Assembly (NCBI GenBank): GCA_963693365.1
Contig: CAVNZM010000002.1
Coordinates: forward strand, 16,835,615-16,899,614
Length of the DNA stretch: 64,000 nt
Direction of reading: 5' to 3'
DNA from: Amoebidium appalachense
Lineage: Eukaryota > Protista > Ichthyosporea
Below are positions 50,271 through 61,112 of this stretch, one piece after another. Position 1 is the stretch's first letter. Each line of letters opens with the position of its first letter. Both the position numbers and the translations under genes were made by a program. Below the pieces are notes generated by a model. That model was given only the letters and a program-made list of their open reading frames with translations, was not told the origin of the DNA and did not search any database.

Positions 50271-53200
50271 CTATAATTTTGTAGTGATGTGTTTCTCAAG
50301 CCAATCAATACATCTAATAAACAGGTCGTAGTTACGCGTGTTTAGTATAAAATCAAGGATGTTGTAATTTACAGGTAGGCTATCTTTCTGGGTGTCTGTT
50401 GTGAATGTGACGTGTGTGTGTTGCGGTATTATGTGGTCTATCAAACTACATTTGGCGATACATGACCGGTTAAACTGGTGTGTGTGTGTGTTGTTTGGGC
50501 ATGCAAATGATGCCACCTTATACTTATTAGATCTCCACTGTATAGCACGTGTACAGTAAAAGCGTGGTAATTGATCAATAATACCATCAGCTAGAGAAAG
50601 ACCAGTTCTACAGGAAGGTAATATGTATTTAGGTGTTATACACTTGCGAGTGCCATATTTGGCAATATGGTTGAGGCGGTCAGTATATATAAAACGAGAC
50701 ATAAGGCTTAGTTTTTCAAGGTGTATGCTTTCATCGGGTCTAGTGTCGTGTGGTATCTTTTTCCATTTGTTATATTGCGTGATTATCTTGTGATTGTGTA
50801 CATGTTTAATAAGTAAGTGGCAGTCCAAAGTCACACACACACTATTGCGGGGTTTATTTGTATTTGTGCCCAGGGGAGAAGGGGAGAGAGAGGGGAGGAA
50901 AGAGGGGAGAGGTGAGGAGGGGACAGGTCGGATAGAGAAGAGAGGGTGGGAGGGCAAATACTTCTTTAAGCGGCTTATGTGCTTATTGAATTTCAGCGCG
51001 AGATAGGATACTCTAGCAGCTATTGGGACCAGACCATATATCGAGAGCGTTACAGGCCCAGGTTTACAACAGTTGTTAGATAGAAAGGAGGCAACTTCTG
51101 CTTCAAGGAAATTTGCCAAGGGTTTAAGCGCTCTAGTTCTCTCTTTCTTGATCCAAGCGGCGAGAAGGGGTAAACCATATTCACATGCCGGGAAGACAAA
51201 AGTGCGAATAAATGTAAGTCTAATAGAAGGATGGAGGGGTGTGTCTTTAAAAATATTAGCCGAGAAGAAAGCTAACCGCTTACGAGCCAACTCTACCCTC
51301 TTTTCGACCATATGGGGAAACATAACACCAACAGAATCAACCGGAACACCAAGATATTTGTATTCTGGAACTATAGGTACAGGTTTAGATGATAATGTAA
51401 ATGTGTGTAAATTGTTAGCTATATCAGGTACAAGAACACCACATTTGTCTATGTTAAGGATCATAAGGTTTGCCTTGCACCACTCTGACACTACATCGAA
51501 CAATCTTTGCAGGCGTCTAGGGGTACGGGCAAGGAGGGACAGATCATCAGCATAGAGAAGTGCAGGCGGAAAGTTATTAATAGGGTCATCGTTTTCGGCG
51601 TAAATCTTGACAGCCAAATCATCTATAAATAGGTTAAACAAAAAGGGGCTAAGCAATGAACCCTGCAAGAGACCTCTAGTACGAGCAAAACCATATGAAA
51701 GATGCCCATTAACCACAGCTCTACCATAGGTTTGAGACAAGAGTGCTTCTAACAGAACACCAATGCAGTGTGGTACACCCCGTGCAGCAAGCTTTTCCCA
51801 TAGGAGACCAGGGGAGACAGAATCGTAAGCAGTTTTCCAATCAATAAAGCCAACATATTGTGCACCAACTTGCATAGAATCGTGCAGTGCCATTATTTGA
51901 ACATAACATGAATTGTTTTTACGAAAAGCGGATTGGCATGGGTGTATGTGAAGAATAGATTGAAACCTAGGGTGATGTGCAAATAACCTAAGTAAGCAAG
52001 CTTCAAAGAATCTACGAACAACCTGGGTTAGTGTAATGGGGCGAAAGGATGATATGGGGCCCTCAGAGTCCTTCTTAACTATGGGGATCACTAAGGTATC
52101 TAACCAAGATGACGGGACATGTCCACATTTAACACACCAAGAAAAGAGAGAGCTTAACATGATAGTAAGATCAGGTTTAATAGCACGATCACTTTCCTTT
52201 TGTGGGTAGGAGGGAACAAGGATTTTAAGAAACCCAGCAGGGAGTCCATCAGGTCCACAAGACTTACTAGAGCTATAACTAGATATCACAGACCATATGG
52301 CATCGGGACTGAAAAAGGGGAGGATCGATTCTATGGGGATAGATGGGTCTACAGGCCACACAATAGGTTTCTGAGCGGGGGTCCTATCTTTAAACAGTTC
52401 CGAGAAATACTTATCAGAGTCTATGAGGGGGTCTCCAGTGGTATCACCAATAATACGAGCAGGGGGGCCAAATCGATTCATACTAGCAAGCCGGCGCAAG
52501 CTTTCCTTTTGAGACAGGGGTTCACCTAGTCTAGCGGGAGTGGTGTTTGGTAACAAGAGAGCATCGGGATATTCCTTCCTACCACCGCCAGCATAATCAC
52601 CGAGATCTATCAAATCATCAACAATAAAGTTAGTGCATGTATCTAGTACGAGATGTGAATCTGGCCTGGCTTGTGCAGATTCTAATAGGCGCATATATAT
52701 AGGGTGTTTCGTAGCATAGCATACACATACATCAACTCTACCCCACTGTGACTTAAGCTGGGATAGACGGAGGCGAAAGGTGGGAGGGGGAGGGGGGAGC
52801 AGATCAAGGGAGATCTTAGGTAGGAAAAGGATAGGAGAGTGGTCAGATGACCTAGAGAGGTTAGGAGGGAGAGAGAGTTTTGACATGGTTGATGGCCAAA
52901 AGGCCACTCCCCAGTCGGTGTTGTGGGCATGGGATATTTGAGGGAACCGCAAAGTGTGACTTTGGACATACCTTGCTAAAGGGATAGCACGCTCCGGGGG
53001 CTTAGATGGGTACCCGACACTCACTTGCAGTGTGTCTGTGTGGTGGAGTCGCGTGTTAAAATCACCTAAAATAACAGTGGACATTGGTAACTGTGACAAC
53101 TCGTGAGTCAATTCGACAACCGACATAGATGGTGGGTAATATACAAAAGTAAAAACATTAGAAAGAAACTCTATAGAAACCGAGAATTCCGTTTTTGCTA

Positions 53201-53465
53201 CCGGTTTGCACTTCACTCTCACGTGTGGTGCGGCAAGTACAATAATGCCTCGGTTTTTCGCGTAACCGGGGTGTGTGGATGTGTCGACCAATGTAGAGTT
53301 GAATTTGTGGTGGTTTTTAAACTGTGTTTCGCAAATCACTGTAAACGTGTGGTTGTTTGTCTGTTGTTGTATGTAGCTGATTTTATCGTCGAGTGTCCCG
53401 GGGGGGAGGCCCTTTTGGGGGCCCAGTGTCCGAGCATTCCAGAAGAAGAAGGATAAATTAGGCAT
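50271..53465 (-). CDS. LINE ORF2: AP endonuclease, reverse transcriptase and C-terminal Cys/His motif (1064 aa)
   Basis: APE motifs WNAR, CET, YYPP, GDFN, SDH. RT motifs GPDG, PIVKK, FRPITL, QSAFR, FIDWKTAYDSV, GLLQGSLLSPFLFNLFIDDL, YADD, KYLG. No introns. Confidence 0.96.
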   Translation of the reverse strand: MPNLSFFFWNARTLGPQKGLPPGTLDDKISYIQQQTNNHTFTVICETQFKNHHKFNSTLVDTSTHPGYAKNRGIIVLAAPHVRVKCKPVAKTEFSVSIEFLSNVFTFVYYPPSMSVVELTHELSQLPMSTVILGDFNTRLHHTDTLQVSVGYPSKPPERAIPLARYVQSHTLRFPQISHAHNTDWGVAFWPSTMSKLSLPPNLSRSSDHSPILFLPKISLDLLPPPPPTFRLRLSQLKSQWGRVDVCVCYATKHPIYMRLLESAQARPDSHLVLDTCTNFIVDDLIDLGDYAGGGRKEYPDALLLPNTTPARLGEPLSQKESLRRLASMNRFGPPARIIGDTTGDPLIDSDKYFSELFKDRTPAQKPIVWPVDPSIPIESILPFFSPDAIWSVISSYSSSKSCGPDGLPAGFLKILVPSYPQKESDRAIKPDLTIMLSSLFSWCVKCGHVPSSWLDTLVIPIVKKDSEGPISSFRPITLTQVVRRFFEACLLRLFAHHPRFQSILHIHPCQSAFRKNNSCYVQIMALHDSMQVGAQYVGFIDWKTAYDSVSPGLLWEKLAARGVPHCIGVLLEALLSQTYGRAVVNGHLSYGFARTRGLLQGSLLSPFLFNLFIDDLAVKIYAENDDPINNFPPALLYADDLSLLARTPRRLQRLFDVVSEWCKANLMILNIDKCGVLVPDIANNLHTFTLSSKPVPIVPEYKYLGVPVDSVGVMFPHMVEKRVELARKRLAFFSANIFKDTPLHPSIRLTFIRTFVFPACEYGLPLLAAWIKKERTRALKPLANFLEAEVASFLSNNCCKPGPVTLSIYGLVPIAARVSYLALKFNKHISRLKKYLPSHPLFSIRPVPSSPLPSFLPSLSPSPLGTNTNKPRNSVCVTLDCHLLIKHVHNHKIITQYNKWKKIPHDTRPDESIHLEKLSLMSRFIYTDRLNHIAKYGTRKCITPKYILPSCRTGLSLADGIIDQLPRFYCTRAIQWRSNKYKVASFACPNNTHTHQFNRSCIAKCSLIDHIIPQHTHVTFTTDTQKDSLPVNYNILDFILNTRNYDLFIRCIDWLEKHITTKL

Positions 53466-54642
53466 CGGTTTGGTCCGACACCTGTGGGGTTGGTTCCCAC
53501 TTGTCGCTTACGGGGTCGTATGCACGACCTTCCGCCAGCGCGAACAGTTCGCAGAAGAGCTCGATTTCCATCTCGCATCGGCGTTTGCGCTCGAGCAGTT
53601 TCTCACCAGAAAACATTGGTTCCTTCGTGTCCGTGTCTATCACGCTCGTAGCATCGTTTTCCAACTTTGCGAGGAACTCTTTTGCCTTGCTGATGCGTAC
53701 ACGACAACGTGTGGCGCACGCATTCTTAGCAGACACTTTACGTTCTTTGTCTGCTTTCTGAATGTTTTCCGGCGCGCATGGGTCGTAGCTTGGGAGGTGG
53801 GTGAAGAAGCTTCCACACCCCTTTGTCGCGTCACGGATGAACGCACGGTTATAGTCGCCCCGTACTGCTACTTCCAGCACATCGTATCCAATGAAGGACA
53901 GACAAAGGATGCGAGAGCACCGGAAGCCGAGAGCCTTGAAGATGGACCACATGGCCCTGTGTGGGCGTCTGCCGTGCTTGACTTTGAAATACACCCTCTC
54001 GTATTTGGGTGGGATGTTGATGTTACCGTTTGCTTGGGTGTTCCCCTTAGCCGGCGGTTTGGAAGGGGAGTTGCGGCGGTACTCGTTGCCTGCAAGAATG
54101 CTGGCATATGTTTCCTTGGCAATTTGGCGGAGCTCGGGTGTTTTACGAGAGTTCGCATATTCTAGGAACTCTGCCGGGAGCTGTGCTTCCGGTCCTGTGT
54201 TGTTTTGTGTTGGGGTGGAAATGTCTCCGTCGCGAGATGTTTGCTCATGAGTTTTGGGGTTTTGCGATCCACTAATGTTTAGCTGGGCTGTGAGTGAATC
54301 AATGGTGAGCTTGAGTTGGGTATTTTCTGTTTGGAGTTTTTCTATCATGTTCTTGAGTGGTAACAGCTCATTTAGCTGTTTCTTAACGAGGGCAAGTTCT
54401 GCCAGTACTGTATCAACCGAAAGTTTCGGCATGGTTGTTATTGTGTTTCTACGGAGTGGTGTGGTGTTATTCTGAATGGGTAGTGTATTGTAAATAGGTG
54501 TTGCGCTTAGTCTAAGGCGATGTTTTTCTGGTTGTGCATCTGTGGTAGGTGTATCTGCTGGACGTTTTAATGGTCGCACATGTGTGATGGGTGTAGATGG
54601 AACTTTGAAAGAGGTTCTGAAACGATTATAGGCATGTGCCAT
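53458..54642 (-). CDS. LINE ORF1 (394 aa): N-terminal coiled coil plus probable RNA-binding alpha/beta domain
   Basis: Intronless ORF directly upstream of ORF2 and overlapping it by 8 nt. Heptad-rich segment LAELALVKKQLNELLPLKNMIEKLQTENTQLKLTIDSL; the true start codon is uncertain. Confidence 0.85.
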   Translation of the reverse strand: MAHAYNRFRTSFKVPSTPITHVRPLKRPADTPTTDAQPEKHRLRLSATPIYNTLPIQNNTTPLRRNTITTMPKLSVDTVLAELALVKKQLNELLPLKNMIEKLQTENTQLKLTIDSLTAQLNISGSQNPKTHEQTSRDGDISTPTQNNTGPEAQLPAEFLEYANSRKTPELRQIAKETYASILAGNEYRRNSPSKPPAKGNTQANGNINIPPKYERVYFKVKHGRRPHRAMWSIFKALGFRCSRILCLSFIGYDVLEVAVRGDYNRAFIRDATKGCGSFFTHLPSYDPCAPENIQKADKERKVSAKNACATRCRVRISKAKEFLAKLENDATSVIDTDTKEPMFSGEKLLERKRRCEMEIELFCELFALAEGRAYDPVSDKWEPTPQVSDQTDA

Positions 54643-54690
54643 GACATGGATGGGGGTGTTCCCCGGCCCTTAGGGCCACGGATGGCCTGG

Positions 54691-54751
54691 TTTAGGGGTG
54701 GATGCGCGAAGGATACTATTTATTAGTATCCTTCGCGCATCCACCCCTAAA
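54691..54751. repeat. Perfect inverted repeat with 28-bp arms and a 5-nt loop
   Basis: TTTAGGGGTGGATGCGCGAAGGATACTA-TTTAT-TAGTATCCTTCGCGCATCCACCCCTAAA. Confidence 0.97.
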
Positions 54752-56464
54752 TATAATAAGAAATTCCAGAAAAAAGTATATGTTTTTGCGACTTTGACTA
54801 TCTTTTTGGCTGATAACTGATCGTTACCTAGTTCTATTTCTAGCAAAAAGCAGAAGGGCCCAGGATTATTCTGATAATTAAAAAAACAATATTCCTAAGT
54901 GTAAGCCCAACCTCTCATTGTTGCAATTTTAATCTACATTTATTTGACAAGATCTTTATTTTGTGGATATATGACGCTATTATCTGTAAGAAAATTCAGG
55001 GGGGGGTAATAAAGATATTTCTGGACTTTTGGCTCAAAAGCACCCATTCCGCCATCCCCCCGAGCTGCGCAGTCTACACAACTGCCGTGAAGTACGAACC
55101 TCCGATAACAGTCCCAAGATTGAACCCATGTTCCCTTTTCCTGTTTTCTCTCTCTCTCTCTTACCTCTAAAGTACTCTATTTTTGGGCTCCCGTTCATAC
55201 AAGTAGTGCAGAATAACTAGGAAGTAGCCGGCCATAGTGCGTTTGGCTTGATACAAGAGCTTTTTTGATGGGGTGGTGTGTTCCCCCTGTCCTTTTTCCG
55301 CTCTGTGTTGAGTTTCAACCTTCAGCCCTCCATATTCCCCTTTCCACTCGTCGAACGCCGCACCATACCGTGCATATACTGTCTATTACATGTACTTGCT
55401 CCTAGGGCAAACACACAGGATTCATTCCCGTTTCTGTGCTTGTTATGATTGCAATTCTCTGCCGAACCCACAGATTTCCCCCACGACCTCAGCAAACGAG
55501 TACTGGGGGACTGAAACCGTGTTCGTACTCCGTTCACGCCAAGGGGGTGAGTCACTGCTGTTTAGGGGGCTTAGCACTGGGGTATCTCGGTGATGTGTCC
55601 ATCAGTGTTGTGATAGTGTGCAGTATAGTAGGAGGGTGTTGCTTTTCAAATCTACGAGTGACAAGATCAAGAGTGCTTCTCTAACCGCAGGGGAATAGCA
55701 GGCTGGTGATCCTTGCGCAGCCACACACTATTTCACTTGCTTTCACGTCTATACGAACTAGGCCTTTTCGTTGCGCTTGCGCGCTTAGCTGTGGTTGTGC
55801 AGGATAGCCACACAGTAACAAGCTCCTTGTACGTACCAGGACGTTGCCCCTCCACATGAGCCATGTTCTAGGTCTTGGCCATGGCCGGCCTGTTGGGTAG
55901 TCTCGGAGGCGCGTATAATCAAACACACTTGCCTGAAAGGTGAGACTGATGTTAAGTGTTTAACTCAGTGAACTTGTTTGGCCTGGGATTCCTCTCCTCC
56001 CTCCTTCCCTCCCGCCCCCTCTCCCTCCCTCACTTGCTTCCTTTCTCCCCCCCTCTCCCTCCCCTCTCTCCCTCGCCCTTCTTGGCTCCTCCTCAGTAGC
56101 CGTTCTTCCTAGTGCTTCCCTCTTTTACTGTCCCTGTTTGTTCCCTGTCGCTCTTGCTCGTTTTACGGCTAGTCTCCTCATGCATCGCGTTAGGTGCTGT
56201 GCTCTCCAAGGTTACTACCCTTCTTTTTAAAAGCTCTTTCGGCCCTGTAGTTTAACGTCGTCGGCTCTGCCTGCCCCTTTCAATCTTGCGTCATAGGTGC
56301 AGTCAAAGCCGTCCGGCTATCTGTTGGTCCCTGCACGACTACGCTTGGTTCATTTCCACCCTTCACGTACCCCTTCCCTGGCTTTGTCTGCTGCAGTAAG
56401 TACTCAGCGCTCTCCATAGACTTCATTGTTTTTGAAGTTCGCATATTGTTTCTCTGCTGGTTTT

Positions 56465-56503
<39 letters not shown>

Positions 56504-57162
56504 TTCCTCCCCACCTCTGCATGAAAAAAAAAAAAACCTCTCAGTTTTATGTCATATGTACCTTTCACACGCACACACACACAGACACACACGCACGTGC
56601 ACACACATGGGCGCGCACACCGCACACATACACACACAAGTGCACTTGTATGCAGCTACCCACCCCCCACCCCCCTTCCCCCACCTTCCCCCCTCCCTTC
56701 CCGGAGCTACACGCAACCCAAATCCTCTTCTAGCTACGGACACCATCTTTTGTGCCCTTTTCGAACCACCAGTATACTTCTATTGCTCCACCTCTTCCTA
56801 CACACCACGCAAAGACTCAACAATAAACACACATGCACACATCGAAAAACACGTACACTGCTCTAGCCACACATGCAGGGTCGTCCCTCCCTCCCTTTCT
56901 GCGCTCTCCGTGTACTCCTCCTCCTCCACTTCTCAAACCCACGATCTGGCATACAATCCAGGTTTCGCCACTGCTACATATAGCGACTTTCCCGTTTCTT
57001 CAGTGTTTTTTTGTCGTGTGTCTCGCTCTCTCTCTCTCTTTCACTCACTCTTTCACTCTCTCTCTCGTTGCAAACTTGTATCCCTAGCTATGTGGTCACT
57101 TGCACCATCAACATGTTCTTACACGGTTGTTCCATCGTGTGCACAGGGACCTTGGCTTGAAG

Positions 57163-58528
57163 ATGGCACACCTGCACGACGACCTCGGGCTGGACCTGTC
57201 CGATGATGAGCCAGACCCTCCTGAGATGATCAAATCCTCATGTAAGCATGTTGGCTGCTTTGTTTTAACTTTGCACTTTGCGAACCCATTCCCTTGAGGA
57301 CGGGGTGTAATAGTGCTGTTTTATGCCTTTTTAGGAAGTGATGGACACTTGTGGTTTCGCATCTAGGCGGTGGTGATAAGGTGACTTGTAGTGAGGAGAT
57401 TTTTTTTTTTTTGCTGTCTGTGATTCATAACAGCCGTGAGTACTTGACTGTTGACCAAGACACTGACTTAAGCACCCGTAGTGAGCTTCCCAACCGACGG
57501 ATCAATCCATCTTGGGGTGGCCACTCCCTTCACCCTGTCCCTCGACAACCCCATCACTGCCACACTCTCCTCATCCCCCGCCGCAAACCGTTCGCCTGTC
57601 TCCTTTATATCCAGCCCAGTGTTGGGGACGCAACACACATCAGCCATCCCGGGATTCGCCTCCATCACGCGCACATTGACACCGCCCATTCCCGCCATGC
57701 CGTTAGTAAACGGCATATCAGCCCCAACGTCGCGCCTAACCCCGCCCGTTCCGGTAGGGGTTGGGCTGAGCATAGGACGCACACCCTCGCTGACCCAAAC
57801 GTCCATGGGGCTGGGTCTTCCCTTTGCCCCCATGCCAGCACCAACCACACAGCCGGCCGCTTTGCCGGGTGGCAATCTCCTTAAGGGGTTTATGGCGGAT
57901 ATTTTGGGCCCTGAAGTGGGTCTGGATGCCGATGCAAATGACGACATGTCGCACGATCTGTCGGGAATCGATGTTGCGAGTCTGTTGAAGGCGGTGGAGG
58001 ATGGGGAGCTTCATGAAGATGACGACATTAATGTGGGTTTGGCGAAAATCGCGGCGGCTGCGGCTGTGGATGTGAAAAAAGAAACTACCACTGCTTCTTC
58101 GGAGGCAAATTCGTCCAAAAATGGCAATGATGTGCCCAAAAATGCGAGCGATATATCCAGTAATGGCACTGTGTCGGTAAATAGCACCAGTAGCAAGCAG
58201 GATAAGGGAAAAACCGAAGCAACACAGGCATCAACAAAGACGGAGACGAAGGAAAACGCAAAACCAAGCACGGATTCGGTGCCCGTTAAGCCCGCGGCTC
58301 CAGCCACCAGGGTCGTGGCTAAACCCACCCCAGTGGAGACGCCCGCACTTGCCCAGGGGGCAGGAAAGAAGAAGGGTGGGCGCCCAACCAAGGACAAATA
58401 CCTCACCCCACCGGTACGTACCTGTGTGGAGATCAAACCCCCACACTGTGCTAGTCTCTGTGTGTGTGCTGCTCAGATCTTGAGACTGTGCGGGTCAAAT
58501 ATAACTAATAGGGCCTTGGTGTGTGTGT

Positions 58529-58559
<31 letters not shown>

Positions 58560-58756
58560 GGGGGGGGAGAGGGGGGGAGGGGCACCCCCCACCCTACCCA
58601 AATCGTCGATCCCCCCCCCCTCCCCGAGGATGGGTTGTGCTTATGTTGCATGCTGCGGGTGTTGCTGATCTTGCATACTTAAAAGTTCGCCTTTGCATGT
58701 GTCCTGCACTGGTTTCTAATCGTGTAGTTGTACTTCGTTTCTTGTTCCGCGTTCTT

Positions 58757-58791
<35 letters not shown>

Positions 58792-59888
58792 CCACAATTC
58801 CCCCCCCCCCCCCCCCCCCCCCCCCCTTATCCCCTAACGGCCCATTTGTGCAAATTCATGTTTACACAATGTGCTGCACAATTGCCAACACCCTTTGCCC
58901 CGAGGACACAGGCCACGTGCACAGAGACAAGCAGTATAAGATGCGACCATTGGCAGCATATCTGTGCTGGTCCGTGCATGGTGGTGTAGTGATGGTTTAT
59001 GCCTATGTGATGTGTTCCACCTCCTGACACTAACACACATCCCTCCTTCCCCCCATGCGCCGCACTCCATGTTACCTCCGCCTTTGCCTTCTTCTCGCCT
59101 TTTTCTTCCCCTTCACCAAACAATTACACTCATGGGGTTCACCCTCCTCCCCCCCCCCCTTCCCCCCCCCTCTCCCCCCTTCCTCCCCTCCCTCTCTACA
59201 TGTTGTTCTGCAACACTACTCCCTATCACACACACGTACACACAAACACACGCACACACACCAAACAGTCGCCTGAGCTCCCCTCCAAGCGCACGACCAA
59301 CCAGCTCTATTTTCTTGAACACACGGTGATGAAGGCTCTGATGAAGCACAAAGACAGCGCCCCATTCCGTGACCCCGTAGACTGGAAGGGGTTGGGCCTC
59401 CTAGACTATCCCGAGGTGGTGGAAAAACCGATGGATTTTGGATGTATCGTGAGGAAGTTGCAGGAGAGGGAGTACGCGAGTGCGGAGGATTGTCTGGCTG
59501 ATATCCGGCTGGTATTCTCAAACTGCAGGTGGGTGATATTAGTGAAATACTAATGGCATGCTATGATTGGATGTCTTGTGCTCGATGGGGTTGGTGCTAG
59601 CCCAGACACTAGCCATACCCGATTTGATGGCGTGGGAATAGGATTAGCATAGTGATAAAAATTTGCAATTTCCTGCTGATATATGTTGGAATGCGTCGGC
59701 TGACATTTCTGTGCGTACGAGATGTTTTCAAATGTGCCATAGTGTAATATGGACCTTTATTATTGGTGTGTCTTCAATTACTAGCTTATCACGTCAGCTA
59801 AGACAGTAATTCATCAACATGGTCTGTACACACATGCATGCGTGCACGCGCACATGCGCACGCACACACGCACGCACGTGCGCGCCCG

Positions 59889-59975
<87 letters not shown>

Positions 59976-61044
59976 TGATCCAACACTACATACCTAACAG
60001 CCTCGTGCATGTTTGCATATGCATTCGGCACATACACCACTGCTCATAGACACACACAGGCATGCATGGGGGTGTTCATGCACCCATCACACACCCATGC
60101 ATGTGTGCGGGCATTCACTCACCCGTATGATTAAACAAAGACATGCACGGACACAAGTGACAATATGCACACACGCACACACGAGAAGTCATGCACACCA
60201 GCTTTGGTGCATGCCAAAACACACATCAACACACAAGCACACAGCGCGCATGTGCACGCTCGTGTACACACAAGCACGTGGCGCGCACGTGCGTGCCCAC
60301 ACACACACACAGTTGCATGCATGCAAACATGTATGCATCCGCGCGTGTGCACACACACACACACACGCACACACACACACACACACACACATCCCCGCAT
60401 GCATATGCAAACCACGTACCTGCCCACAGACACACATGCACACTCCATGCATGCATGCATGCATAGCATTGCATACGCACACGCGCGTTCGTGCGCACAC
60501 ACAATTGACAAGATCAACCCAGTGTGTACAAGTGTATGCTTATGCATTTGGTTTTGGAGCACCTGTCTTGCAGTGTTTTTTTCACCTTTTTTTTCATTCT
60601 CGCACCCCCTGCGTGATCTTTCAAACCCCAGCAGCACATGACCAATCTGATCTAGCACACCATCGTCTTACAAGGCACACACAAGTACTGACCCAGCCCA
60701 TTTCTCCACCTGCACACAGGCTCTACAACCAGCCCGCATCAGACATTGTCATTCTGTGTCAAAACCTCGAGGCTGTGTTGCGTCAGAAGATGGAAAAGAT
60801 GCCAAAGAGCGAACGGGAGCTCAGCAGGGACGAGGAGGGGGAATTGTGGAAGGTGGCTTGGTTGAAGAAGGAGAGGGATAAGATAAGACGCGTGAATGGC
60901 CCTAAAGCGGCTAGGGGTATTAAACGGGCAGGAGCGGTTCCTAAGAAGACAAAAACGAAAAAGATGTCGGGAGGTTAGTGCAACACCGCACATGCACATG
61001 CGCACGCGCACTTACTCAACACACGTAGGCGTGCGCACACACGC

Positions 61045-61112
<68 letters not shown>

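Larger units (their letters stand above)
50142..54657 (-). mobile_element. Intact non-LTR retrotransposon (LINE, APE-RT type) with poly(A) tail and 8-bp target-site duplication
   Basis: Two intact ORFs and an A24 tail (plus-strand T 50142-50165). GTTCCCCG flanks both ends directly (50134-50141 and 54658-54665). Confidence 0.92.

Noticed and set aside
53470-54165. 231-aa ORF antisense to LINE ORF1
   Set aside because: No motifs; most likely a shadow ORF.
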